From the NCBI GenBank assembly GCA_041689245.1, contig JBDNGO010000115.1, positions 2,085 through 66,084 of the forward strand: a stretch of 64,000 nucleotides of DNA. Reading direction: 5' to 3'. Numbering within the stretch: position 1 is the first letter of the stretch; every line of letters starts with the position of its first letter. Positions 10,431 to 20,192 of the stretch are shown piece by piece. The stretch is from Flavobacteriaceae bacterium. GTDB taxonomy: Bacteria; Bacteroidota; Bacteroidia; Flavobacteriales; Flavobacteriaceae. The position numbers and the translations under genes were made by a program. Below the pieces are notes generated by a model, which was not told where the DNA came from, ran no database searches, and worked only from the letters and a program-made list of their open reading frames with translations.

Positions 10431-10446
10431 TGTTCCATGTGGAACA
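10431..10446. promoter_or_regulatory. parS-like inverted repeat (degenerate centre)
   Basis: TGTTCCATGTGGAACA has perfect 7-bp arms (TGTTCCA/TGGAACA), but the centre is TG instead of CG. It starts 8 nt after the mnmG stop. Confidence 0.45.
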
Positions 10447-10465
10447 GTATAAGTTTTGTTATATT

Positions 10466-11335
10466 ATGATTAAAGAAAAAGAACTTTATAAAGGGTTAAA
10501 GCCGTTTAGGAGCTGTAAAGATTATACGGTTTCCCAAGAAACGTATGAACTCTTACTAAATCAAGATTTTGATATGATGGTTACACTCCCTGTTCCGTCA
10601 GGTTTAGAAAATTATTATAAAAGCGAAGATTATATTTCTCACACAAATGTTAATAAAAGTGTTATTGATAAAATTTATCAAAGAGTAAGAAAGCACACCT
10701 TGCAAAATAAATTAGCATTAATTAATTCCTTTAATTTCACGGATAAAAAACTGTTAGATATTGGATCCGGAACTGGAGATTTTTTAGCAACGTGTAAAAA
10801 GGATAATTGGACTGTTTTTGGAGTTGAACCCAATAAAGAAGCAGGTGATATTTCTACAAAAAAAGGAGTAAATATTATTAGTGATATTTCTTTATTAAAG
10901 GAAAACAACTTTGATGTTATTACGCTTTGGCATGTTTTAGAACATGTAGAAAATTTGTTAGAATATATAGAAATGTTAAAATCTAAATTAAACCCAAACG
11001 GAGTGTTAATTATTGCGGTACCAAATTATAAAAGTTTTGATGCCATTTATTACAAAGAGTTTTGGGCCGCTTTTGATGTACCAAGACATCTTTGGCATTT
11101 TTCTCAACAGTCGATAAAAAAACTATTCGCTGAAGTTTCTATGTTAGTAGAAAAAACGATTCCTATGAAATATGATTCATATTACGTTTCCTTGTTAAGC
11201 GAAAAATATAAATCAGGAAGAACTAATTTTTTTAAAGCATTTTATATTGGTTTTCTTTCTAACTTTAAAGCGAGGTCAACTTCTGAGTATTCCTCTCTTA
11301 TTTATGTGATTAAAAACACAGAAAACACTATTTAA
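10466..11335 (+). CDS. Class I SAM-dependent methyltransferase
   Basis: SAM motif I LLDIGSGTGDFL and the downstream FDVITLWHVLEHV. The ORF-track start at 10430 (MFHVEQ...) reads through the parS-like palindrome, so the ATG at 10466 is preferred. Confidence 0.75.
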   Translation: MIKEKELYKGLKPFRSCKDYTVSQETYELLLNQDFDMMVTLPVPSGLENYYKSEDYISHTNVNKSVIDKIYQRVRKHTLQNKLALINSFNFTDKKLLDIGSGTGDFLATCKKDNWTVFGVEPNKEAGDISTKKGVNIISDISLLKENNFDVITLWHVLEHVENLLEYIEMLKSKLNPNGVLIIAVPNYKSFDAIYYKEFWAAFDVPRHLWHFSQQSIKKLFAEVSMLVEKTIPMKYDSYYVSLLSEKYKSGRTNFFKAFYIGFLSNFKARSTSEYSSLIYVIKNTENTI

Positions 11336-11479
11336 TAGCAGTTTAGTGAATCAATTTATACCGAGACAAAGGTTTTATTACTAAAATTTAAAAAACGCCT
11401 TAAAAATGAGTACATAAAGGTTTTTAAATAAATATTTCTTATTTAAAACCAGATTTTCAATAAAAAATATTTATACTTC

Positions 11480-11878
11480 TTATCTGCTTAATAAATAAAC
11501 ACCAAAAATTGTAGTTGCAAAATAAACCGCTAAAGTCATAGCTCCAGCATAATCTTTTGCCAATCTTTGACCAATTAATAAAAAGATAAGTGTTAGCGCA
11601 GATAATTCTACTCCTAAAAAGGCATACGTTTTAATTCCGGTTGTTGCTAATTGATAAACACCAATAATCATAAAAACACTGGCAATAATTTCGAGAACTA
11701 AAATTGATGCTAATAATAAAGGAACCATTTTTTTTAGAGGTGAATTTGAAAAATGGCCTTTTATAAAAGATAAATTTCCTTTCCAATCGGTTATTTTATC
11801 AACTCCAGACTGTAAAAAGGTGACAATTAAAAAAGAGAGGATTAATATTTCTGTTGGATAATTCTTTAATAGTTCCAT
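11480..11878 (-). CDS. DoxX-like small integral membrane protein
   Basis: 132 aa with four predicted TM helices and an N-terminal segment (FLQSGVDKITDW) resembling the DoxX family. Confidence 0.45.
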   Translation of the reverse strand: MELLKNYPTEILILSFLIVTFLQSGVDKITDWKGNLSFIKGHFSNSPLKKMVPLLLASILVLEIIASVFMIIGVYQLATTGIKTYAFLGVELSALTLIFLLIGQRLAKDYAGAMTLAVYFATTIFGVYLLSR

Positions 11879-12044
11879 AAGTAAATTTATTAAGTAACAA
11901 AACTACTAAAAAGAAAGATGTGAGCAATACATTATTAACGCGCATCTTATCAAAGAATCAAAGCAACTTTTATTTTTCAGGGTTTTTCGTTTCAAGTAAT
12001 TTTACTGTTATATAGAAATTAAGATTGTTCCTCCGAAGAATTCA

Positions 12045-13598
12045 TTATTTAGAATTTAATTTTGCTTCTAAAATTTTAGCTGTTTTTGTAGCACACAATC
12101 CACCAATATTAGTACACTTAAATTCGTGCGGTATTCCCATACCAATTGTGTACATCGTTTCGATCACTTCATCTAAAGGTATTAATTCGTCATATCCGGA
12201 GAGTGCCATGTTCGCAAAAGAAATTGCGTTCGTTGCTGCCATCACGTTATTTCCCAAACAAGGGGCTTCTACTCTATTTGCAATAGGTGTGCACGTCATA
12301 CCAAGTGTACTTTGTAACACCATAGAAGCAGCAGAAATAGACTGGGCAAGCGAACCCTTCGCAAGATATACAATTGCTGCTGAAGCCATACTGCCTCCAG
12401 ACCCATACTCAACTCCACATCCCGCCACTTCTCCTGCAAAAGTGGATTGTGTCGAAATAAAAATTCCAATGACTCCAGCCACCAACATTGCTTTAACGAT
12501 TTCATCTTCTGAAACTCCAAGAAAATCGGAAATCCCCATCACAGCGCCAGGGAGTGTACCACATGAACCGGCAGTAGGAGCCGCGACAATAATCCCCATT
12601 GAACTTTTTACCTCCATTAAAGAAGAAACATACATCACAACAATATTGAGCGCACCAGTCTCTATTAACCGTTTGTTTTGTAATTGGGTTCTGAAATTTA
12701 CAGATTGACTACCTAACAACCGGTCAGCATATTGAGTACCCTGTAGTCCATACTTTATGGAATCTTTTAGAATACGTACTATCTTTCTCATTTTCCCAAA
12801 AATTTCTTCTTCAGAAATGTTCCCTCTTTCACTTTCATAAAAAACAGCCAGTTCCAATAGAGAAAGATTCTTATTTTTATTATACTCCAGCATTTCGTTG
12901 CACGTTGTAAAGGGCACTTTAATATCTTTTCTTGAAAGGACAGGAAGCACAGGGCATAGTTTTTTTATGAACAGAACATCTTCCATAGAGGCCAATTGCA
13001 CCAGAAATAATTCCTCTGGAAAATTTTGCGCCTTTATTTCAATAAAACTCGGATTTTCATCATGCACAATTAAGTAGTCATAAGACATTCCTTTATTAAT
13101 TACTTCTAAAATTTTATCTGGTGTCTTGCAATAAATCAGCGTTTCGTAAAAATCACCTATCATAGAAACTTCAATTCCATCAATGGCTATTACTTCAATC
13201 ATACCCCCACCTGTGGAAATCGCCGTCAAGGCTCTGGTCTCAAAAGAATTACTCAACGTAATTTTATACGTATTTAAATGTTTCGCGGCAATATCTTTTA
13301 TCGCAAATTGAATTTTTATACCAGCTTGAGAAAGATGATAATCAGATTTAGGTAACCGTTCATCATCTGCCTCCCATCCCATGAAGCCTCCAAAAAGACC
13401 CATGTCAGAGCCTTGGCCGGAATGCGTCGCGGCGAGGGAGCCGTTCGGGTCAAATTCTATATATACATCCTCAATATTTCCATCCATTAAATCGCGGCAT
13501 ATCCTTCCTATTCGTAATGCCGCGGCACAATGTGAACTGGAAGGACCACGCATTACGGGGCCGATAACATCGTTGAAAATACTAGGATATGATTTCAT
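12045..13598 (-). CDS. sdaA: L-serine ammonia-lyase (Fe-S type, fused beta-alpha)
   Basis: N-terminal SIFNDVIGPVMRGPSSSHCAAA (beta domain). The C-terminal alpha domain is Gly/Ala-rich with conserved Cys positions (PTAGSCGTLPG, GEVAGCGVEYG, CTPIANRVEAPC). The start is taken at MKSYPSIF, although the ORF is open to 13625. Confidence 0.8.
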   Translation of the reverse strand: MKSYPSIFNDVIGPVMRGPSSSHCAAALRIGRICRDLMDGNIEDVYIEFDPNGSLAATHSGQGSDMGLFGGFMGWEADDERLPKSDYHLSQAGIKIQFAIKDIAAKHLNTYKITLSNSFETRALTAISTGGGMIEVIAIDGIEVSMIGDFYETLIYCKTPDKILEVINKGMSYDYLIVHDENPSFIEIKAQNFPEELFLVQLASMEDVLFIKKLCPVLPVLSRKDIKVPFTTCNEMLEYNKNKNLSLLELAVFYESERGNISEEEIFGKMRKIVRILKDSIKYGLQGTQYADRLLGSQSVNFRTQLQNKRLIETGALNIVVMYVSSLMEVKSSMGIIVAAPTAGSCGTLPGAVMGISDFLGVSEDEIVKAMLVAGVIGIFISTQSTFAGEVAGCGVEYGSGGSMASAAIVYLAKGSLAQSISAASMVLQSTLGMTCTPIANRVEAPCLGNNVMAATNAISFANMALSGYDELIPLDEVIETMYTIGMGIPHEFKCTNIGGLCATKTAKILEAKLNSK

Positions 13599-14175
13599 GA
13601 TAATATTTTTTTGATTATGGATCAACGAGTGAATAACGTAAGGGGAAGTTCTAAAAATTTATTTTTCATAAAAACCTCAAATAAACACGAACTTCATTTA
13701 ACGCTGATTGAACTTTTCTGTTGCTAAATTAAAATTTATTTTCATTTTTGATCTAATTTTTTTGGATACTTTTCACAAACGAATAATATGTTATATTTTA
13801 AGTCTAATCGTTTATTTATGCCTAAATAAATGGTAAGTTAAACCGGTTATTTCTGTTGCTATTTTTCTGCTAGAAAAGGAATAAAAAATTCAAATAATAA
13901 AGGAATTAAATCACTCTCTGCACGTTTTTCTTTAAAAAATCAAACTATTTTTTCCTTGTTTTTTATATTTCACAAATTTCAGACCTATTTTATTCAAAAT
14001 AATGTAAAAAGGCATATATAATTAATTGAATATTAAAGTATATATCTCCCCATATAATTTTGCTTCAGGTTTTCAATTTAGAGGTGGTTATCAGTTTTCT
14101 AAGACCAACATCTTGTATGTGTATAATACTAATTTTAACACTCAAAACAATTTATTGTTAAGTGTTGAAAACAGC

Positions 14176-15327
14176 CTAAATGCTGATTATAGATTCTTTA
14201 GCGTGTAATAAACGGGTTAGTTTTATTGACAAATCTAATAAAATAATCTTAGCGTTTCCATTTCTTTCAATATGATATATTGCTGAACTTATTTCGTTGC
14301 TTATCTCTAAAACATTTCCGCTATGTACAAACGGAGCAAACTTTTTTAAATCAAATCCAGCCGTTTTTATTTCTAAAAAAACAATTGCTTCTGAGTTGTA
14401 ATTTAACAACATTGCCTGTCTAAAAAACTGTAAACAATAGTGTAAAAAACGTTTTTGAGTTTCCCTTCCGCTTTTTGAAATTTCATCACTCCAAGAAACC
14501 AATTGTTGCACAACAGTAGCATTTCCTTTTGCCCTAAAAGCCGTTCTAACCCAAGTAATAAACCATTGTTCAAAAACAGTATCACTAGAATCATGAAGTA
14601 ATAAATGCAACGCTTTATTATAATTTCCTTCAGCTTGATGTGCAACTTTATATGCAGAACTTTCAGAAATTTTTTCTTTAGCAATTAATGATTGTGCAAT
14701 TTCTTCTTCCGATAATGCAGGAAAATGAATTGCTTGGCAACGAGATTTTAAGGTATTTATAATTTGTTCTTCATCTTCTGTACACAAAATAAATAGTGTT
14801 TTTTCTGGCGGTTCTTCAATTAGTTTTAACAGTTTATTTGCCGCAGACAGGTTCATTTTTTCTGCCATCCAAATAATCATCACTTTAAAACCACCTTCAT
14901 AAGACTTTAATTGCAATGATTTTACAATATTTTCGGCTTCATCTACACCAATCAAACCTTGTTTGTTTTCTACGCCAATAAATTGCAACCAATTGTACAA
15001 ACTTCCGTAAGATTGTTCTTTGATAAACGTTCTCCAATCTTCTAAAAAAAAATCACTTACAGGATGTTTTTTTACTTTATCATTTGAAGCAACAGGAAAA
15101 GAAAAATGCAAATCTGGATGCGCTAATTTTTCGCATTTAATTCGGCAAGACCCTTCGTTATTGCTAGTAGCACAAAGCAAATATTGTGCATACGCAATAG
15201 CCATAGGTAAGGTCCCAAAACCTTCTTTTCCTACAAACAGTTGAGCATGCGAAATCCTGCCATTTTCCGTAGTAGATTTTAAGTGATTTTTAATATGATC
15301 TTGACCGATTACGTCTTTAAAAAACAT
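14176..15327 (-). CDS. holB: DNA polymerase III delta-prime subunit
   Basis: N-terminal clamp-loader pattern: GQDHIKNHL...GRISHAQLFVGKEGFGTLPMAIAYAQYLLC, Cys-rich zinc module, SAANKLLKLIEEPP and TLKSRC. Confidence 0.8.
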   Translation of the reverse strand: MFFKDVIGQDHIKNHLKSTTENGRISHAQLFVGKEGFGTLPMAIAYAQYLLCATSNNEGSCRIKCEKLAHPDLHFSFPVASNDKVKKHPVSDFFLEDWRTFIKEQSYGSLYNWLQFIGVENKQGLIGVDEAENIVKSLQLKSYEGGFKVMIIWMAEKMNLSAANKLLKLIEEPPEKTLFILCTEDEEQIINTLKSRCQAIHFPALSEEEIAQSLIAKEKISESSAYKVAHQAEGNYNKALHLLLHDSSDTVFEQWFITWVRTAFRAKGNATVVQQLVSWSDEISKSGRETQKRFLHYCLQFFRQAMLLNYNSEAIVFLEIKTAGFDLKKFAPFVHSGNVLEISNEISSAIYHIERNGNAKIILLDLSIKLTRLLHAKESIISI

Positions 15328-15388
15328 AACACAAATATATAACTTTAAAGTATCGAAAACAGCACTGCTATTTTTTGATTAGTTATTT

Positions 15389-15417
15389 TTTGGAACATTC
15401 TTAAATAAGTACATTTG
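15389..15417 (+). promoter_or_regulatory. Bacteroidota-type promoter candidate for pgk
   Basis: TTTG at 15389-15392 and TACATTTG (TAnnTTTG) at 15410-15417, 17 nt apart. The ATG is at 15435. Confidence 0.45.
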
Positions 15418-15434
15418 TAAAAAATAAAACAACA

Positions 15435-16622
15435 ATGCCAACACTAAACGATTTTAACTTCAAAGATAAAAAAGCACTAATTAGAGTTGATTTTAACGTT
15501 CCCTTAAATGATGAGTTTATGGTTACCGATACAACAAGAATTCAGGCAGCAAAATCAACAATTATTAACGTTTTAGAAGATGGTGGTTCTGCAATATTAA
15601 TGTCGCATTTAGGCAGACCAACAGGGAAAGAAGATCAATTTTCTTTGCGTCATATTGTAGAAAAAGTAACCGAAACGTTAGGTGTTCAGGTTAAATTTGT
15701 TGATGATTGCGTTGGAGAAAAAGTAGCACAAGCTGTTTTAGGGTTAGAACCAGGAGAAGTTTTGTTGTTAGAAAATTTACGTTTTTATAAAGAAGAAGAA
15801 GCAGGAGATAAAAACTTTGCAGAGCAACTATCTAAATTTGGAGATGTATATGTAAATGACGCGTTTGGCGCAGTACACAGAGCACATGCGTCAACAGCAA
15901 TTATTACTGAATTTTTTCCAAAAAACAAATGCTTTGGAAATTTATTAGCAAGAGAAATAGAAAGTATCAACAAAGTATTAAATAATAGTCAAAAACCAGT
16001 TACCGCCATTTTAGGAGGCGCAAAAGTATCCTCAAAAATTGGTGTAATAGAAAATATTTTAGACAAAGTTGACCATATTATTATTGGTGGCGGAATGACC
16101 TTTACTTTTGTAAAAGCACTTGGCGGAAATATAGGCAGCTCTTTAGTAGAAGATGATAAACTAGAATTAGCGTTAGCTCTTTTAGAAAAAGCGAAAGCAA
16201 AAAATGTTCAAATTCATTTACCGGTTGATGCTATTATTGCTGATAAATTTAGCAATGATGCCAATACACAAGAAGTTGATACCAACGAAATTCCTGATGG
16301 CTGGATGGGATTAGATACTGGGCCAAAAACAATGTTGCAGTTTGCAAAGGTAATAGCTAAATCGAAAACCATATTATGGAATGGGCCTTTAGGTGTTTTT
16401 GAAATGGAAAAGTTTTCTAAAGGAACGATAGAAGTAGGAAATGCTATTGCAGAAGCAACTAAAAACGGAGCCTTTTCTTTAGTTGGTGGCGGAGACTCTG
16501 TTGCTGCGGTTAAGCAATTTGGTTTTGAAGATAAAGTCAGTTATGTTTCTACGGGTGGAGGCGCAATGTTAGAAATGTTAGAAGGGAAAACCTTACCAGG
16601 AATAGAAGCAATTCTTAATTAA
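15435..16622 (+). CDS. pgk: Phosphoglycerate kinase
   Basis: [26 protein letters not shown] and [14 protein letters not shown]. 395 aa. Confidence 0.97.
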   Translation: MPTLNDFNFKDKKALIRVDFNVPLNDEFMVTDTTRIQAAKSTIINVLEDGGSAILMSHLGRPTGKEDQFSLRHIVEKVTETLGVQVKFVDDCVGEKVAQAVLGLEPGEVLLLENLRFYKEEEAGDKNFAEQLSKFGDVYVNDAFGAVHRAHASTAIITEFFPKNKCFGNLLAREIESINKVLNNSQKPVTAILGGAKVSSKIGVIENILDKVDHIIIGGGMTFTFVKALGGNIGSSLVEDDKLELALALLEKAKAKNVQIHLPVDAIIADKFSNDANTQEVDTNEIPDGWMGLDTGPKTMLQFAKVIAKSKTILWNGPLGVFEMEKFSKGTIEVGNAIAEATKNGAFSLVGGGDSVAAVKQFGFEDKVSYVSTGGGAMLEMLEGKTLPGIEAILN

Positions 16623-16643
16623 TTAATAAATTTAAAACACTCA

Positions 16644-17681
16644 ATGAAATACACAAAACTACCAAACTCAGAGATAAAAGTTTCAAAAATTTGTTTAGGA
16701 ACCATGACTTGGGGACAACAAAACAATGAGCAAGAAGGTCATGAACAAATGGATTATGCATTAGAAAAAGGAGTTAACTTTTTTGATGTAGCAGAGTTGT
16801 ATCCAATACCTGCAAAAGCAGAAACGTATGGATCTACTGAAAAAATAATTGGTTCTTGGTTTCAAAAATCTGGCAATAGAGACAAAGTTGTTTTAGCAAC
16901 TAAAATTGCTGGTTGGGGAGCTTACACAGGTCACATTAGAAAAGATGGTTTTAGCATAAGAGCTATTAAAGAAGCGGTAGAAAATAGTTTAAAAAGACTA
17001 CAAACAGATTATATAGATTTGTATCAATTGCATTGGCCAGAAAGAGCAGCAAATTGTTTTGGTGTTAGAGAATATCCTTATAAAAGCCATGATGAGCGAT
17101 ATGAAAATCATTTAGAAATTTTAGAAACGCTTCAAGGTTTTATTTCAGAAGGAAAGATTCGTAAAATAGGGCTATCAAACGAAACTCCGTGGGGAACAAT
17201 GCAATATTTGCAAACAGCAAAAGATCATAATTTACCAAGAATGTCAACGATTCAGAATTCATATTCTTTATTACATCGTGCTTATGAGTATGGAATGTCT
17301 GAAGTTTCTTTGAGAGAAAATATCGGATTATTGGTATATTCTCCACTTGCTTTTGGTGTTCTTTCAGGGAAATATCTTGGAGGGAAAAAACCAGTGGATG
17401 CACGAGTTACGTTGTTTCCAAATTACAATAGATATTCGTCCCCACAATCTGAAAAAGCAGTGTTGGAGTATCAAAAAATTGCTGATAAACAGGGATTTTC
17501 TTTAGTTGAATTGTCGCTAGCATTTGTAAATCAATTGCCTTTTGTAACTAGTAATATTATTGGGGCTTCAAAAATGAATCAGTTAAAAGAAAACATTAAT
17601 AGCATCAACATTAATTTATCAGAAGAAATTATTGATGAAATAAATGAGGTTCATAAAATAATGCCAAATCCGGCACCATAG
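16644..17681 (+). CDS. NADP(H)-dependent aldo/keto reductase (Tas-like)
   Basis: AKR signatures: ICLGTMTWG, INFFDVAELYP, DYIDLYQLHWP and IRKIGLSNETPWG. 345 aa. Confidence 0.8.
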   Translation: MKYTKLPNSEIKVSKICLGTMTWGQQNNEQEGHEQMDYALEKGVNFFDVAELYPIPAKAETYGSTEKIIGSWFQKSGNRDKVVLATKIAGWGAYTGHIRKDGFSIRAIKEAVENSLKRLQTDYIDLYQLHWPERAANCFGVREYPYKSHDERYENHLEILETLQGFISEGKIRKIGLSNETPWGTMQYLQTAKDHNLPRMSTIQNSYSLLHRAYEYGMSEVSLRENIGLLVYSPLAFGVLSGKYLGGKKPVDARVTLFPNYNRYSSPQSEKAVLEYQKIADKQGFSLVELSLAFVNQLPFVTSNIIGASKMNQLKENINSININLSEEIIDEINEVHKIMPNPAP

Positions 17682-17682
17682 A

Positions 17683-17720
17683 TAAAAAAAAAGAGATTGC
17701 TTTTGCAATCTCTTTTTTTT
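17683..17720. terminator. Bidirectional intrinsic terminator between the aldo/keto reductase (+) and trpS (-)
   Basis: Perfect 10-bp stem AAGAGATTGC (17691-17700) / GCAATCTCTT (17705-17714) with a TTTT loop, flanked by an A-run upstream and a T-run downstream. Confidence 0.85.
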
Positions 17721-18687
17721 AGTATCCTATTTTAGTACGAACTCTTTTTAAAACTTTATTAGCAACTTTTTTGGCTTTTTCCGCACCGATTGCCAATGCT
17801 TCATCAATTTCGTTTAGGTTATTCATGTAATGATTATACTTTTCTCTTTCGGGAGCAAATTTTTCTAAAATCAACTCATACAACGCTTGCTTTGCATGAC
17901 CATATCCATAATTTCCACCTAAATAATTTGCTCTCATTTTTGTAATATCTTCCTCAGAAGCCAATAATTTATACAATGCAAAAATGGTATCAGTTTCTGG
18001 GTTTTTAGAATCTTCTAGCGGTGTGCTATCCGTTTGAATCGCCATGATTTGCTTTCGTAATTTTTTATCAGCTAAAAAAATATTGATAAAATTATTTCGA
18101 GATTTGCTCATTTTTTCTCCATCAGTTCCTGGAACTAACATCGTGTCTTCACTAATTTTTGCATTAGGAAGCACTAAAGTTTCACCAACAATGTTGTTAA
18201 ATCTGCTAGCAACATCTCTAGTCATTTCTAGATGCTGTAACTGATCTTTTCCTACAGGAACAATTTCTGCATCGTACAGTAAAATATCTGCGGCCATTAA
18301 CATTGGATATGAAAATAAACCAGAATTTACATCAGCCAATCTATCAGCTTTATCTTTAAAGCTATGTGCCAATGTTAACCGCTGAAAAGGGAAAAAGCAA
18401 CTCAAATACCAAGACAGTTCTGTTACTTGTGGTACATCACTTTGTCTATAAAAAACGGTAGAATTTACATCTAAACCACAAGCTAGCCAAGTTGCAGCAA
18501 CACTATATGTGTTGTTTTTTAAGGTTTTTGCATCTTTTATCTGAGTTAAAGAATGCATGTCTGCAATAAATAAAAAGGTTTCTTCTTTCGCTTCTTGAGC
18601 CATTTTTATAGCAGGTAAAATAGCGCCTAATAAATTTCCTAAATGTGGTGTTCCAGTACTTTGCACACCAGTTAAAACTCTTGACAT
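17719..18687 (-). CDS. trpS: Tryptophan--tRNA ligase
   Basis: Class I motifs GVQSTGTPHLGNLLG (HIGH-type) and KMSKS, plus GKDQLQHLEMTRDVA. The start is taken at MSRVLTG, although the ORF is open to 18714. Confidence 0.93.
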   Translation of the reverse strand: MSRVLTGVQSTGTPHLGNLLGAILPAIKMAQEAKEETFLFIADMHSLTQIKDAKTLKNNTYSVAATWLACGLDVNSTVFYRQSDVPQVTELSWYLSCFFPFQRLTLAHSFKDKADRLADVNSGLFSYPMLMAADILLYDAEIVPVGKDQLQHLEMTRDVASRFNNIVGETLVLPNAKISEDTMLVPGTDGEKMSKSRNNFINIFLADKKLRKQIMAIQTDSTPLEDSKNPETDTIFALYKLLASEEDITKMRANYLGGNYGYGHAKQALYELILEKFAPEREKYNHYMNNLNEIDEALAIGAEKAKKVANKVLKRVRTKIGY

Positions 18688-18783
18688 TAATTTGTGTTTA
18701 AATAATTTTATCAAATCTAAAGCAAAAATACAGTTTTAATAAGAAAAACCCAATAAGAATATTAATTAGTACATTTGGCGACT

Positions 18784-19560
18784 ATGGAATTCTTTAAAAA
18801 TATTTTTCGTGCAATTTGGCGCGTTTGGTTTTACGTTTTTTTTGGTTTGTCTTTACTTATAATGATGCCTTTTTTATTTATTCTAACTTTTCATGAAAAC
18901 CAATACCCAGCGTTATATAAAATTATTAGAGCGTTTTCTAAAACGTTAATTTATGTAATGGGTTTTCGATTAAAAAAGGAAATAGAAGAACCTTTAGATG
19001 CAACTCAGAGTTATATGTTTTGTCCAAATCATACATCAATGTTAGATCCATTTATATTGATAAGTATGATTAAAAATCCGATTGTTTTTGTGGGAAAATC
19101 GGAGCTTAAAAAAATTCCAGTTTTCGGATTCTTTTATAACCGCATTTGTATTTTGGTTGATCGAAGCAGTCAAAAAAGCAGAAAAGAAGTGTATTTTAGT
19201 GCTAAAAGAAGGTTGCAAAACGGAACTAGTGTTGCAATTTTCCCTGAAGGATTAGTTCCGACGGAAGATATTATTTTAAGTGCATTTAAAAACGGAGCGT
19301 TTAGCTTAGCCATTGAACATCAAATTCCTATTGTACCTGCAACATATTTTGATTGTAAACGTTTCTTTTCTTGGACCTATTTTAAAGGTAGGCCGGGAAC
19401 TATTAGAATTAAGCAGCACAAACCAATTTTTACCAAAGGGTTAGATAAAAAAAGCTTGAGTACCATTAAAGAACAAACATTTGCTGTTTTATTTAATGAT
19501 TTATCTAATGATGAGCTGTATATGAAAGATACAAATAGAAATATTAATGAGCGAAACTAA
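18784..19560 (+). CDS. Lysophospholipid (1-acyl-sn-glycerol-3-phosphate) acyltransferase family protein
   Basis: N-terminal TM segment. The HX4D block is CPNHTSMLDP and the later block is VAIFPEG. The ATG at 18784 is preferred over the TTG at 18775. Confidence 0.65.
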   Translation: MEFFKNIFRAIWRVWFYVFFGLSLLIMMPFLFILTFHENQYPALYKIIRAFSKTLIYVMGFRLKKEIEEPLDATQSYMFCPNHTSMLDPFILISMIKNPIVFVGKSELKKIPVFGFFYNRICILVDRSSQKSRKEVYFSAKRRLQNGTSVAIFPEGLVPTEDIILSAFKNGAFSLAIEHQIPIVPATYFDCKRFFSWTYFKGRPGTIRIKQHKPIFTKGLDKKSLSTIKEQTFAVLFNDLSNDELYMKDTNRNINERN

Positions 19561-20185
19561 CCACAAATACAGTAATAAAGAAGAAAAATTAAATATTGCA
19601 ACTCATGCTTTTGGTTTGATTTTAAGCAGTATAGCATTCCCTTTTTTAATTTTAAAATCAATGTATTTTGAAGGTTTTTGGAAACCTTTTAGCCTCTTAA
19701 TTTTCGGACTCAGTTTAATTATTTTGTATGCTGCTTCTACACTTTATCATTCAGCAACCAAACCAAAATTAAGAAGACGATTAAATATTTTTGATCATTC
19801 AGCAATTTATGTTTTAATTGCAGGAACGTATACACCGTTTACAATTATTACCTTAGAAGGAAAAACGGGTTGGGTTATTTTTGGACTAACATGGTTGTTT
19901 GCTTTAACAGGAATCATTTTAAAATTATTTTTTACAGGGAAATTCGATAAATTATCTACCATAATGTATGTTTTAATGGGTTGGCAAATAGTTTTTGCAA
20001 TTAATCCTTTGCTGGAAAACTTATCAGAACAAGGATTATTTTGGTTATTTACGGGTGGTGTTTTTTATACAGTTGGAGCAGTACTTTATTCAATAAAAAA
20101 AATTCCTTACAACCATGCAATTTTTCATTTTTTTGTTTTAGCAGGAAGTTTATCTCATTTTGTTTCAATTTACTTTTATATTTAA
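19547..20185 (+). CDS. Hemolysin III / PAQR family membrane protein
   Basis: Seven TM helices with the family His motifs (NIATHAFG, LYHS, FDHSAIYVLIAGTYTPF, HAIFHFFVLAG). Overlaps the upstream gene by 14 nt. Confidence 0.8.
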   Translation: MSETNHKYSNKEEKLNIATHAFGLILSSIAFPFLILKSMYFEGFWKPFSLLIFGLSLIILYAASTLYHSATKPKLRRRLNIFDHSAIYVLIAGTYTPFTIITLEGKTGWVIFGLTWLFALTGIILKLFFTGKFDKLSTIMYVLMGWQIVFAINPLLENLSEQGLFWLFTGGVFYTVGAVLYSIKKIPYNHAIFHFFVLAGSLSHFVSIYFYI

Positions 20186-20192
20186 TTCATTT

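Noticed and set aside
10430-10465. N-terminal extension MFHVEQYKFCYI of the methyltransferase. The 68-aa minus-strand ORF 8508-8714, which begins MFHVKLFILI, is the analogous case.
   Set aside because: Both FHVE/FHVK peptides are just translations of the parS-like palindromes, which is a known annotation artefact. The methyltransferase most likely starts at 10466, and the 8508-8714 ORF overlaps mnmG in antisense.
12025-12708. 227-aa ORF on the + strand, antisense to the serine dehydratase gene. I also considered that the higher GC of 12045-12700 marks a horizontally acquired island.
   Set aside because: The antisense frame stays open only because the sense gene is locally GC-rich. That richness tracks the Gly/Ala-rich alpha domain, while the 5' half of the same gene is as AT-rich as its neighbours. 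The pattern is driven by amino-acid composition, not by an island.
14026-14208. 60-aa TTG-initiated ORF considered as a real gene.
   Set aside because: It has no ATG, overlaps the holB 3' end, and is preceded by an in-frame stop. At best it is a remnant of a lost beta-barrel gene.
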